From: Camelus dromedarius
Taxonomy: Eukaryota
Length of the DNA stretch: 64,000 nucleotides
Assembly (NCBI RefSeq): GCF_036321535.1
Contig: NC_087436.1
Location: 114,702,001-114,766,000, forward strand
Direction of reading: 5' to 3'
Of the stretch, positions 51,702-64,000 are shown piece after piece. The number at the start of each line of letters is the position of its first letter. Within the stretch, counting starts at the first letter, position 1. The notes under the pieces were generated by a model that was not told the DNA's origin, ran no database searches, and was given only the letters and a program-made list of their open reading frames with translations. The position numbers and the translations under genes are program-made.

Positions 51702-51869
51702 AAAAGAATGCCTATTAGGCACTGAGCTAATGACTGGGCATAAAATAGGTTTCATCTCAGCCTTCCCCAAGACTCTTAAGGATCTAATTACAGCTTTCAT
51801 TCATGGTGTATATTTTATGTGCCAGGCTCTGTAATAGGCACTTTATGTATATTACCTCATTTCACCCTC

Positions 51870-52282
51870 ACACTTGCCTTTGGTACCCCTGTGGGATGTT
51901 TTCCTAAATATTTGCTGCTCTTTCTCTTCCAGGCACATGGTGTCATCACACTCCTGATCCCCTTTGTTGGGTGGGGCCTTATGATTAGTTCTGGCCAAAG
52001 AACAGACTTAAGGCTAATGTGCCATGTGCCACTTTCTGGGGTGTGGCCCTTGGGTGCCACCAAGAGGGTCTCTGGAGCTTGTATTCCCTCTGGCACAGCC
52101 ACCAGGTGTGTGGAAGGAGGCTGCCCTATTGGCCTGGTTCCTGAATGTGTTTGGAGCAGGGCTCTCTCCTTGACCTGGGAGGACATGTGTGTGATCAAGA
52201 AATGCCCCTTTGCTATTTCAGGACATGGAGAGTTGGAGCTTACGTGTTACTCCAGCATCACCTAACACATTCTGACTGATGT
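51870..52282 (+). mobile_element. MaLR LTR (MLT1I/J-like)
   Basis: tgattagttctggccaa, tgttactccagcatcacctaac..ttctgactgat terminus. Confidence 0.7.
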
Positions 52283-54008
52283 GTGAGGTACAGTGATGCC
52301 ACTTTATAGATGAGACACTCCATGCTCAGGGAGGTGACTCACCCAGGGTCACTCAGCTAGCAAGCGGGGCACCAAGACTACAGTATTTTTACAGTTCAGT
52401 GGTTACACTGTTTTTAACAGATACATAAATTTAACCAGTACAAACTTCATTCACTGATTTTTTTCAAGAAATATGTATCTTTAGTTTCTCTAAATCAATC
52501 TTAGTCTGACTCTAAGCTCCCATCTCACATAGTGGTGGGAAATTCAGTCTCATTGGTCTTTTTTGTATCTTTACTTTTTTCTTCCCTAGACTTTACAGAA
52601 TATCCCAGGGGTCATCTCTGGAGTACACAGTTTTGGGAGACCTAGTCGACCTCATGGTTACCCCTAATGCTCTGTGTGGTCCCTGAACATCTGGAGAGTT
52701 TACTGATTCAGTGACACACTTAGACAGAGGAATCAGTTCAATCCTAGGTACCTGTGTCTAGAGACCTGCATCTCTCAAAGGTCCTGCCACTTCCCCTAGG
52801 CCTGGGAAGCAGGGTCTTTTCATTCTCACTATACTGGGCATCTTCAGATCTCTGAGCTTTCCTCTCCCTCCCTGCTATCCTGCTTCCCTTCCACTCTCCT
52901 TTCCTTCCTCCCTTTCTTCCTTCCCTTCTTTCCCAATATTTATAGAGTGTCAGCTATAAACCAGGGACTAGCCTTTGTGTTGGGTGTAGAGAAGTGAAAC
53001 GGACAGAAACTCTTGCCCTCAGGATGCTCAATAACAGAGAGTCATAGAGAGACAGACAACAAATAAAACCAATAAGCAAATTGTATCAAAGCTTGGAAGA
53101 GTTTGGTGCTACAGAGAAAGCAAAGTAAGGAAGAGGGATGGGAGGTGTTGGGAGGAGGTCAGGATGAACCTCGCATTTTGCACAAGGCAAAATACGTGAT
53201 GAAACAAACTGGCGAATTTCTGGAAGAAGGGACTTCCTGGCAGAGGGAAATGAACATGGAAATGCGAAGAGGGCAGAACAGCATGCCTGGGATGCTCTGG
53301 GAACAGCTAGGAGCCTGGTGTGGAGATGGAATGAACTGTGTTGGGGCAGACCAAGCCCCATCTTTTATTTGGAATAAGAGGGGAGCCACGGGAGGAATCT
53401 GGGCGGGAGTGATGTGATCTGATTTCCATTCTAAAGGGGAGGGAGGGTAGAGGGCAAGAACTGAAGCAGGAAGAACACTTAGGGTGCTATTTCAATAATT
53501 TCTTTCAGTATTGGGGCGCCTCCCTCCTCTGTCCCATGTTTAGGTGCCACCCCACCTCCTTCAAATGTGCTCCCTCCCTCCCCTTCCTTGCTCAGGGAAA
53601 GCTAGCTGCATGTGTTTGAAGACTTTCCCAGAACCAAAATGACCTCCATAACCTGTACACACCTTCTAAATTGGGCTGGCTTCTAAAGTTAGAGGACACC
53701 AAGGCTCACCTGATCTTGGAGGGCAAGAGAAAAGTGAAAAGCCCAAAACACAAATAGTGCTCATTTTTTCTGAATATTTCACAGCAGGCAGCAGCAACAA
53801 AACACTAATGATCTCAATAGATATCCTATCCCCCAGACATTGTGTTAACAGGCGCTCCAAGTAGGTACAAGTTACCTGAAAGTGTGGGGAGAAGAGATAA
53901 GGAAGAAGAGAACTTGGAAGCGTGCTCATGTGTGTAGGTGGGGAGGAGGCACCTTCTAGCAATTAAAGTAGAATTTCTAGGGACAGGCAGAGGCAAAGGC
54001 AAACGCTC

Positions 54009-54197
54009 CAGATGTTGTAGACAAAGTATAGAACATCCAGTTAAATTTGCATTTCAGATAAACAATGAAGAGTCTTTTGAGTATGTTGGAAATATCTTAT
54101 GGAACATACTTAACACTAAAAAAATTGTTCACTGTTTTTTGAAAAGCAAATTTAACGGGTGGTCCTGCATTTTTATTTGCTGAATCTTGCAACTCTA
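54009..54197. mobile_element. MER53-like palindromic MITE
   Basis: ccagttaaatttgcatttcagataaacaa...ttgttcactgttt...aaatttaacgggtggtcctgcatttttatttgct.aatct.gcaac. Confidence 0.8.
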
Positions 54198-55386
54198 ATC
54201 ACAGATGATATTTGAATATAGCCGTGGTTGAGAACCACAGCCTGATTCTTCAAAGATGTGTGTCCTCTAGGCAAAGAAGTGGGGAATGAGAAATACGGAG
54301 ATTTGGGTGGAAAAACAATACAGGAACAATGGCAGAGCTTGGAAGAGCCTGGCTCACTTTGCAAGAGAGGGAGAGAATTACATTAATTATGTAAAATGTG
54401 TTTTAGAACCTTTGGCTTACTTCTTTCTTACCTTCCTTCCATGTAGAAGAAAGATGTATTTGTCCATGACTGAGGCTAACATTAATCATGACAGTTTATT
54501 TGTCTTTATACTGCATTTCTGATTTAATGTGCTAGTTGAGATATAGTTGTTTCATGAAAAAGAAGTCATCACAATAATTTTTTTGTCTCCTGGACCCTCA
54601 GGATAATAAATTAAGTGTTCACATAAGCCTTGTTGACACAGAGGGGAAGTTTCTGACTCAAAAGACCCCAAACCAAGAAAATGAGACTTCAGATGAACAC
54701 GGTGTCTCCCTCCCTGTTGTCACAGGCAGGGTCCCCTGGGGCTATTTATTGCTGATGGATGAAAACAGCCATTCCTCAGGCTGGTCATGATTGTCCACCT
54801 ACTGGGAAGTCCATCCATAACGTACGTATTTCAGATGTTTCCGGCGTGAAACATTTATCCTTTTAATACTTGACCTACAGCACGTATGTGTGATGACTCT
54901 CATATATTAGGTGCTCCGGCTTCACGCACTTCTCTTTGCTCCAGTGGGAACTATTTTAAATAGACTTTCTTTGGAGTCATGAAAATCCTCAGAGTTTGAA
55001 GGAAATTCTCTGAAGTATCTGTCTCGTTAAATTTTCGATACTACAAGGAAACTGGATTTTGCACATTTTGCAATTTGCTCAGTTTGGGCAGGGTAAACAT
55101 TTATTGAATACCTCCCAGGTGTGAGCCCCTGGACTTGGGAGGCAGTGGGTGGATAGTGGCATGGCATTTGTATTTCACAGGATTAGAATTCAAGTTCCAA
55201 AGTCACTTCCCTTTAACACTATACTATTTGGCAGTTTCTGGTATGAAATAGGGTGTCAATCTGAACCCAAATCCTAATAATGCTAATTCGAATACTAAGC
55301 CAATACCAATTCTAACACTTGTATTAATACTGTTGCTGATACTGATAGCAACATCAATTGCAAAAGCAATTCCTGTTCTAACACTC

Positions 55387-55799
55387 TGTAGTAGTCAGGG
55401 TTCTCCAGAGAAGCAGAATCAAGAGAATATGTAGATATAGAGAAAATGGTTTATTTTAAGGAATCAGCTCACACAATTATGGACACTGGTAGGTCCAAAA
55501 TATGCAGGCTGGGCCAGCAGGCTGGAGTCCCAGGTTAGGAACAGATGCTTCCTTTTGAGTCTGAAGGCCAACTGCTTTCTTTCATGCAGGGGAGGTCAAT
55601 CTTGGTTCCAGTTGGCCTTCAACTGATTGGTGGGGGCCCACCCACCTTATGAGGGGCAGTCTGCTTTACTCAAAGTCCACTGATTTAAATATTAATCTCA
55701 TCTAAAAGCACTCTCACAGAACCATCCAGCATAATATTTGACCAAATATCTGAGCACCAAGGCCCAGCCAAGTTGACACATAAAATTAATTATCTTACA
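55387..55799 (-). mobile_element. MLT2 (ERVL) LTR, MLT2B-like
   Basis: tgtagtagtcagggttctccagagaagcagaa...gcccagccaagttgacacataaaattaa. Confidence 0.85.
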
Positions 55800-55834
55800 T
55801 AGGTACAGATACTAATATTAAGATGTACTAATAT

Positions 55835-56240
55835 TGTATTAGTCAAGAGTTTCACCAGAGAAACATATCCAGTGATTGATTGATTGACTGATTGATTGAC
55901 TGATTGACTGATTGCAGAAAATTGGCTTGTACCATTGTGGGAGCTGGCTGGCCAAGTCTGAAATCTGTAGGGCAGGCCATCAGGGAGGACACACTAGAAT
56001 TCTTAGGTAGAAGCTGATGCTGCCTTCCACAGGAGGAATTTCTTCTGAAAAGTCTCAGTTCTGCTCTTAAGATCTTTCAGCTGACTGAGTCAGATAACCT
56101 TCTTTAATTAAAGGCAACTAATTGTAAGAGTTAATCACACCTACAAAATGCCTTCACAGCACCACCTCACTTATTGTTTGGTTGACGTTGGTTACTCTAG
56201 CCTACAACTAGCCAAATTGACACATGAAACTACCATCACA
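55835..56240 (-). mobile_element. Second MLT2 LTR (MLT2C/D-like) with (TGAT/TGAC)n at 55873-55913
   Basis: tgtattagtca...ccagagaaac...gccaaattgacacatgaaactaccatcaCA. Confidence 0.8.
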
Positions 56241-56472
56241 AACCTAGAGCAGCATGCACACGACTTGGCAGATACATGTATCCAGTCATTTCTAGCTAGG
56301 ATGGTGAGAGAGACAAAGGAAGACTATATATTAATCCCAATATTCAGAAGTTTATGATATAATAGAAGAGATATGATTAGACTCAAGTATTTATATGACA
56401 AGGTAGTAAATAAACCAACAACTGACATTTCCTGCACTGTTGGAATGTACTGGTCACTGGGTTAAGAGCCTC

Positions 56473-56475
<3 letters not shown>

Positions 56476-56535
<60 letters not shown>

Positions 56536-56594
56536 GAGAGAGAGAGTTGATTTACAATGTTGCATTAGTTTCAGGTATACAGCAGTGGTTCAGA

Positions 56595-56635
<41 letters not shown>

Positions 56636-57035
56636 CAAAATGATCTGAAAAAAGATATCTATATTCTTTATATATATATGTAGGTTATATAAAATTATTA
56701 CAAGCTATTGAATATAGTTCCCTGTTCTATACAGTAGGACCTTGTTGCTCATCTATTTTATATGTAGTAATGTGTCTGTTAACCCTAGATTCCCAATTTA
56801 TCCCTCCCCCACCCCTTTCCCCTTTGGTGACCATGTTTGTTTTCTATGTCTGTGAGTCTGTTTCTGCTTTGTAAATAAGCTTATTTGTATCATTTTTTAG
56901 ATTCCACATATAAGCGATATCATGTGATATTTGTCTTTTTTCTGTCTGATTTATTATGATAAATACTAAATACTCTAGGTCCATCCATGTTGCTGCAAAT
57001 GGCATTATTTCATTCTTTTTCTGTGGCTGAGTAAT
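56476..57035 (-). mobile_element. L1 3' end with (TG)n (56476-56530) at its tail and (TATC)n (56595-56635)
   Basis: gaatatagttccctgtt, ttagattccacatataag, gttgctgcaaatggcattattt. Confidence 0.88.
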
Positions 57036-57551
57036 CACATATATTTTTATATTTCATTTTCATGCAGCTCTATAAGATAAATATTATTATTTGTATTTTT
57101 CAGTAGAAACACTGAGTCTTAGGAAGTTTAAATTATTTGTCTAAGATCACACAGCTAACAAGTCTTAGAATGAAGATGCTCATCTGGGACCAGCCAACAG
57201 TTTTAGGCAAGATAGGAAGAATGAAGTTTGGTGGAAGGGAAACAGAGGAAGTGTTCAGTGGAGCTGGAGACTGGAGAGTCATGGGGGAGGTAGCACTGAG
57301 CCAGGCCTGTGGTGGGGGGACTTGAGTGGATAGAATGGAGAATGCAGGATTGAGGAAGAGCAGGATTTTCTACCAGGAGGAGCAAAGACTTTGGGGCGGA
57401 CATATATGTGGGGCACGGGGTCCTCTAGCATGATGGCAGTGCCCTCCATCAAGGGAGTACGAGAGGAGCCGGGGTGCGTAGACACAACTCTCATGATATC
57501 TTTGGGTTGGGTAGATTTCTCAGGAAAATCACTTAATATGCTGAGTTTGGT

Positions 57552-58423
57552 ACAATGAAGTATCACCTCACACCAGTCAAAATAGCCATCATTAAAAAGT
57601 CCATAAACAAAAAATGCTGAAAAGGGTGTGGAGAAAAGGGAACCCTCCTACAGTGTTGATGGGAATGTAATTTGGTGCAGCCATTATGGAAAACAGTTTG
57701 GAAATTCCTTAAAAAACTAAAAATAGGCTTACCATATGATCCAGCAAATCTACTCTTGGGCATGTGTCTAGAGAAGACTCCAATTTTAAAAGGCACGTGC
57801 ACCCCAATGTTCATAGCAGCACTGTTTACAATAGCTAAGACATGGAGGCAACCTAAATGTCCTTTGACAGATGATTGGGTAAAGAAGATGTGTGTACACA
57901 CACACAAACACACAAAATGGAATACTACTCAGCCATAAAAAAGAATTAAATAATGCCATTTGCAGCAACATGGATGGATGTAAATGTTATCATACTAAGT
58001 GGTGAAGTAAGTCAGAAAAAGACAAATATCATATGATATCACTTACATGTGGAATCAAAAAATGATACAAATGAACTTATTTACAAAACAGAAACAGACA
58101 GACATAGAAAACAAATTTATAGTTACCAAAGAGGAAAGGGGGAGGAGGGATAAATTATGAGTTTGGGATTAGCAGATACACACTACTATGTATAAAATAG
58201 ATAAACAACAAGGTCCTACTCTATAGCACAGGGAACTATACTTAATATCTTGTCATAAACTATCATGGAAAAGAATCTGAAAAAGAATATATACATGTAT
58301 GTATAACTGAATCATTATGCTCTACACCAGAAACTAATGCAACATTGTGAGTCAACCACACTTTGATTAAAGTAACTAAAGAAAATAAATAAAAACTAAA
58401 AGTGTAGCTCAAAAAGAAAAAAA
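57552..58423 (+). mobile_element. 5'-truncated L1 with 17-bp TSD
   Basis: ORF 57672-57938 [28 protein letters not shown](T/G)ATGCTGAGTTTGGT at 57535-57551 and 58424-58440. Confidence 0.95.
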
Positions 58424-59954
58424 AAGATGCTGAGTTTGGTTTCTTGATTAACAGTACTGCCCAGCCCCCCTTCCGTAGAAGCACAAGTAAAACCAGGAGC
58501 CCAGGAGACAGAAACTGTCAGTGATGCGGTCCATTAATGTTACTGGTAACAGTGAGAAGAGGAAGAAGAGGAGGAGGAGAAGAAGGTGAGGAGGAAGGAG
58601 GGAGCCTTCTGAGAATGTCACTTCTTCTCAGAGCCTGTGATTTTTGTGGCTCATTTGTAGGAAAGTGAGCTTACCTGCCGTGCTCGTGTAACTTTTTGGG
58701 ACACGTTCTCATTGTTTTCTTAAAGCCCTAAGCTGTAAGGAAAATCATGGAGAAACGGAGGATTTGAGTATCTGAAAGCTGCGAGGCCAACCTGGCCAAG
58801 GCATTTTTTTGGGTGCAAAATTTATAAAATGCCTTGGAAGTATTTTCCACGGCACATTCGGTGACTTCACTCAGCCCTGCTTAAATGGTCTATTTTGGTT
58901 TTGAGTTCATAAAGCCCCTCTCTCTCCCTCTCGTCTCCCTGCTCAGGTTCATGTCCAGATAAAACAGCTAACTCAAATATGGTGTAAAAATATAAGCCCC
59001 TTTTCGCCTGGCTTTTCATGCTGCGCCCCAAAGTGTGCCTGGGTGTTGAAAGTGAAAAGGGGGTGGGACTGGGGGGGAGGGTGTTTTTCCAGCCCAGGTT
59101 ATGAGAGTGGGCACTTTCTGGAGCTTGCAGCCAGAGCAGTTGCACCCTCGTTGCCATGGAAACCATTCAGGATGATGCCCGCATGCAGTGGTCGGTTGAG
59201 AGCTAGAAAACTTGCCAAAGTCAGCAACTGGAGTAAGTAGAGTAAATCAAGTTAAGAGGGAACGGGACAAGATTTTGGAAAAGGAGAGAATACATGGGTC
59301 AAACCATTAACCAGACCTGCAGGGTTAAGATGATGAGATATAAATTGACTGGTATTTCCTGAGTTTAGGAAAGGAAGTCTGGATGGGATTTATATCTGGT
59401 CCTCTGGCCCTCAGGGCCCTGTTGGTACCTCCCATCCCCGCCGCCTGCCTGCCCAGTGGGCCTCAGGTGTGGAGCATTTAGAGCAGGATGGGGCGCAAGC
59501 CAGAAAGCTCTGGGTTTTGCAGCTATAAATACATTTATCCAGCCCGTCATCCTCAATTAGAGCTGGAGTGCCCACAATGCCGTGCTCTTCCTACAGGCTG
59601 CAGGGAGGCCACACAGGGTGCCCCAAGCTCTCCTTTCTGGTCTTTAAAAACCTTTTCTCTTCATGTCCTGACAGTTATCTGTGGGGCACAGCCTTGGCCC
59701 TGTTGGAACCATGACAGTGAGAATAATGGCCATGTTGGGCTTGGCGGGAAGGGGACTCTGCCTCTAGGCAAGGTAGAAGGTTGGTTTGGCCACGGGAGAT
59801 CCTCCTCCATCTGCCTGGCTTCACTGACTCAGGTGTTGATGGGGGAGCTGTACTCTGGTCTGTGTTGTCACAAAGGTGACAATAAATTCTTGTACCCATC
59901 TGTTTTTTTTATTATTTTTAGTTAACCTTCCAATTGTCTTGGGAGAGGGGTAGT

Positions 59955-60195
59955 AGTGGTTATTTGTTCCACTTTACAGATGAGGAAATTGGAGCTCAGA
60001 GCGCTTAAGTGGCTCACCCACGGCCACATAAGCCGTGTACACAGAGGTCAGACTATGACGTTGATAGTTACTCTCATTTTATAAATAAAGAAACTAAGGC
60101 TCAGAGAGGCTAACAAAGTACAGGGACACACAGTGAGCAAGATTTGGAGCGAGGTCTTAAATGCAATACAGTCAGAGTCTGTCTGACTTCACAGC
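59955..60195 (-). mobile_element. Two tandem MIR fragments
   Basis: tttacagatgaggaaattggagctcagag and cattttataaataaagaaactaaggctcagagagg. Confidence 0.7.
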
Positions 60196-60349
60196 ATCAC
60201 TGAATTCCACCTGCTCTGAAATCCTGCCCTCCCTACTGCTGTCCCTGGAAGGACTCCTAGAAAATGCCAGATGGGGCCTCTGGAATTGAAGAAGATGGCT
60301 GTTGTCTTCCTCTGTCACCCCATATTGGTTTCTCTAAGCTCTCCTCACT

Positions 60350-60435
60350 ATCCATTTATTCATCCATCCATCCGTCTGTCCATTTATTCATCCATTCATC
60401 TTTCAGTCCGTCCATCCATCCATCAATCTATCCAC
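60350..60435. repeat. Degenerate (CCAT)n tract (L2 tail-derived)
   Basis: Direct reading. Confidence 0.8.
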
Positions 60436-60519
60436 TCAAACAATCACCAAGTGCTCATTGTATCAGGACCTGATCTGGGTGCTGGGAACACACTTGTGAA
60501 TAAGTTGTAAACCCAGGAG

Positions 60520-61270
60520 TCATCCATGATTCCAGTTTTTCCTTACTTTCAATATCTCCACATTTTAGTCCATTGCTGTCAACACCACCTCCAGCCAGGA
60601 GGCCATTCCTTTCTCTTCTCTCCATGGTTCCATCCTACCTCAAGACCTCATCGTCTCAGTGATAGCCTTCTGTGTTTTTTCCTGTGTCCACTAGTTCATT
60701 CTCTACCCAGCAGCAAGAGTAGCTTTTTAAAAAGCTACATCAGATCACTTCATTCCCCTGCTTCAAATCTCCCAATGGCTTTTCACTCTACTTAGAAAAA
60801 AGATGGCCTCCTTATCATGATGACTTTTTATAATCTGTACCCCCTCAATGAGTCTCTGACTTCATCTCCTATTGTTGCTACTCATTCTCTCTCTCCAGCC
60901 AAGCTAGTTTTGCTTCTGTTCTTCACACACCTCGTTTCTGCCTCAGGACTTTGGCCCCGCATCCCCCTGCCTGGATGACAGTATTCTGGGGTGGTTCCTT
61001 CCTGTGCTCCTGTCTCAGCCCTGCTGTGGGCGCCAGGGAACGTTTCTTGGCATCCTGTCTAAAGAAACCACTCTGCCTTCCTCCACCACATTTCTCTATT
61101 CTGGTATCACTTATGACTCTAGTATCATTTGTAATTTGTTTATTTTCTTTCTCTGCCCATTAGAATTCAATCCTTTGAGGCCAGGGACCAGGTATCTCTC
61201 CTTCACTGCTGTGTTTGCAACACTTCAAGCAGTGTTTGTGTGAGGGAGCACTCTGCAAATGTTTGTTGAA
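60520..61270 (+). mobile_element. L2 LINE 3' region
   Basis: cagatcacttcattcccctgcttcaaatctcccaatggctt...tgagg.cagggacc...aaatgtttgttgaa tail. Confidence 0.75.
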
Positions 61271-64000
61271 AAAACAAGATGGGTAGATATGATCCCTGCC
61301 TTTATAGAGCTTATAATCTAGCTGGAGAGATGAAAAATTATAAGTATTTATTAATATTACCAGATACGTGATGACCCACATGATTTCAGAATCCCTGATT
61401 CTGGTGCTGTTTTCAGCAGCTGCTCTTATCTCCAGGGTCCATGCTGGCTCCTGATGCCCTTTGTCCACATTTTGAGTGTGGGGTGGGGAGAGAGATCAGA
61501 GCGCATCTGTTCAACAAATGTTTTGATTGGTCAGGCGCTGGAGAAGACTTCTGGGAGTGATAAAAATCAGAATGAAAACTTGTGTTATTTCTGTTCTGCA
61601 GGAAATTAAAGACCTAAACCTTGGCATCTTTTGTGAGTTTGCACCTAAGAGTCCTACTTCTGCCCTCTGAAGTCTTGCAGAATATATCTGATGTCTTTTC
61701 CCCTTTTGAACTAAAATATGTTCATTTCCAGTATTTTGTAATGTATAGCCAAGTAGAGAGAAGAATATAAAATTACCTAAAATCCCACCAGAGATAAAAG
61801 CTATTAATACATTGGTGTTTTTTCTGCCTGTGTTTCTTGGTATGTGATATATAAACCCATCCATCTCTATCCGTTTATCTAGAACTTTTCACAAATTTGA
61901 GATCATGGAGTATGTACAAAGTGGTATGTTTTCAGACTGAGAAGAGTCAGTGAGGAGAGATTGGATGAGGGCTGTGGGTGGGCAGGGCCAGGCTCATGTA
62001 AGCCCCGTAAAACACCATGGGAAGGCTGGCTTTTATGCTGAGTGTTATGGGAAGGCACTGGAGAATTTTAAGAAATGATACAGTTTACATTTTGGGCAGC
62101 CTGTTCCTATATTCTCCCCACACTGGAGGCAGGCAGGAAATTAGGAGAAAGGTAAGAGATGGGGAGGGGACAGAATAAGGAGGTGGGCAGGAATAGTAGA
62201 AGTGTAGAGGACTTGCTGCTGGACTAGACACTGAGATGTGAAAGAAAGGGAGGAATTCTGTCAGTGAGCTCGTGCACACAGGGCTCTCACATAATGATGC
62301 TCTGGGTACCCTAACTATTTTAAGAAGTGCATTAGATTCAAGACACAGTCAAAGATAATAGAAAGGGTTTACAAACTTAACGGATAAGGCGAGAAACTGA
62401 CCTGCAATAATATGATATATTACCATGATTAACTGCTTTCATAAGAAGAGATGATGACTATTTGATCACTTCATTTTAAAAAGAGGGAGGTGCCTAGGTG
62501 TCAGTAAATTTCCTTCTGTCCAAACAAGAATGATTAACTTCAATTATGACTGCCTTTGGAGAAGTGTGCAGGCCTTTTCATGTGTTTCAAGGTATTTCAT
62601 TTAGACATTTTGGAAAAACATACATCTCTATTCATAGCAATGGTTACTGTTCTGATTTATAAGTTCTGCTCCACTGTAAATCATTCAAAACTCAAAAATT
62701 AAATTTTATGGCATAACACTTTGATGGCTCTATGCCTGAGCAAAGGGCAGGAGGAATGCAATTTTTCTTACTGCCAATTACGATTGGACTTCTTTTCGTT
62801 ATGTCTTTTTTTTTCAGTAGAGCAGACTGTACAAGTCATATATGTATGTATGGTACACTAATGCTCTGTTAAAAAAGCTATTCAAAATTTGACTTAAAAA
62901 ATGGTATGCCTTTCATCATTAGCTCAATCTTATTTAGTTTTAGAATTATGTTTCCCAAGCATACTAGAAATTTAATATAAATTCCCATGTCTAGAGCATA
63001 GAGAATGTCTGTGGGGCTTGGCCATTTAATTGCATTGGGTGCAAACATGAATTATTCAGTTATACCCACATCAGCAGGAGTGGGTCTTTATACAGATGTG
63101 CTTGCTCTTTCTGACAGTACTCAATTCTCTTTTCATGTACATGTATATTTATATATATTTTGCCTCTCTCCCAGGAGAATGGGATTAGTTTGGCTTCCTT
63201 ATTCGGGGCGAGGAAGGAAGCCACATCTGTTGAGTGACTACTGTGTTCAGGCCTGGGATGCTCTAACGCACTGTCACCGGGTCTCCCCTACTGTCCTTCA
63301 TCGCCCTAGTTTTACAGGTGATAAATGAGAGTCAGAGAGGTTCAGAGACTTTCAAAGTGTCATACAGATTCTAAATCATTGAGTCAGGATTTGAACTCAG
63401 ATCTGTTTGGTGCCATGCTGTGCTATTTCCTCTTCACTGCGGGGAAAAATGAAATGTGTTCCTTGTAGCCTTTGTTCTCATGTTCAGCTAAAGACAACAT
63501 GTGTTCTTGCTTATTAGCCTGACACGTAATATTTGAGGGTTTCTCCCTTGAAGAGTGTTTGTGCTGTTATTTGTTATCCAAGTAGTTATAAGAAAGAAAA
63601 GGAGAGCTGGATAAAAAACAAGATGATTTAATAAGTATTCACTGAGCAAGTTCTGGGCACCATGCTGGTTGCTGAGGGGGGGGTTCCCGGGGATGAGTTA
63701 GATGGTTCTGAAAAACCTCTGCTTCTAGGAGCTGGTCGGAGGGCGCGCTGACTGCAGGGACCACACTGTGATTCTGTGATGGAGGCTGGGCGCAGGGAGA
63801 AGTCCGCAGACCACGCCGCCAGGCATGGGGAAGGAGCCCTAATGGGGGAGGTGGCACTTGGGCTGGACTTTGAAGATGAGTAACAGTCCGAGAGGCAGAG
63901 CAAACAGGACAGGATTTCAGACTCAGGGACCAGCATGAGGTCGGCTCACGCTGAGTGGTTGAGAGGCATGTGTTTACCTGTTCCCTTATTTCTAGCATCT

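Noticed and set aside
54009..54197. Long hairpin resembling a pre-miRNA (similar at 4944 and 42165)
   Set aside because: Explained by palindromic MITEs (MER53/MER96-like).
62448..62560. Box C motif ATGATGA suggesting an intronic C/D snoRNA
   Set aside because: No suitably placed CTGA D box or terminal stem.
1..64000. CRISPR arrays, operons or other prokaryotic systems
   Set aside because: The sequence is mammalian, and no regularly spaced repeat-spacer structure was seen.

Overview
Mammalian genomic DNA, probably camelid: there is a tRNA-Ala-derived vic-1-like SINE and cetartiodactyl-type L1 3' ends. The window is mostly intergenic or intronic and dominated by repeats (MIR, L2, old and young L1, MaLR/ERVL/ERV1 LTRs, hAT MITEs, microsatellites). 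I found no intact protein-coding exon, and nearly all track ORFs are spurious or L1 remnants. The one clear gene-derived sequence is a disabled processed pseudogene of MPDU1 (minus strand, ~44626-45804). It is split by a 503-bp ERV1-type solo LTR with a 4-bp TSD and sits head-to-head with a CpG-island promoter (~45830-46215). That promoter appears to drive a plus-strand gene with a non-coding first exon and, since no coding exon follows, a first intron that may run past the window end (~18 kb). A second copy of the same LTR family lies inverted at 15998-16495. Also present are a twin-primed inverted L1, nested L1s with TSDs, and several orphan exon-like units with strong splice sites. I found no convincing novel system; the LTR/retrocopy/bidirectional-promoter cassette is the best candidate for follow-up. 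Repeat subfamily names are from recalled consensus features and need RepeatMasker/Dfam confirmation.
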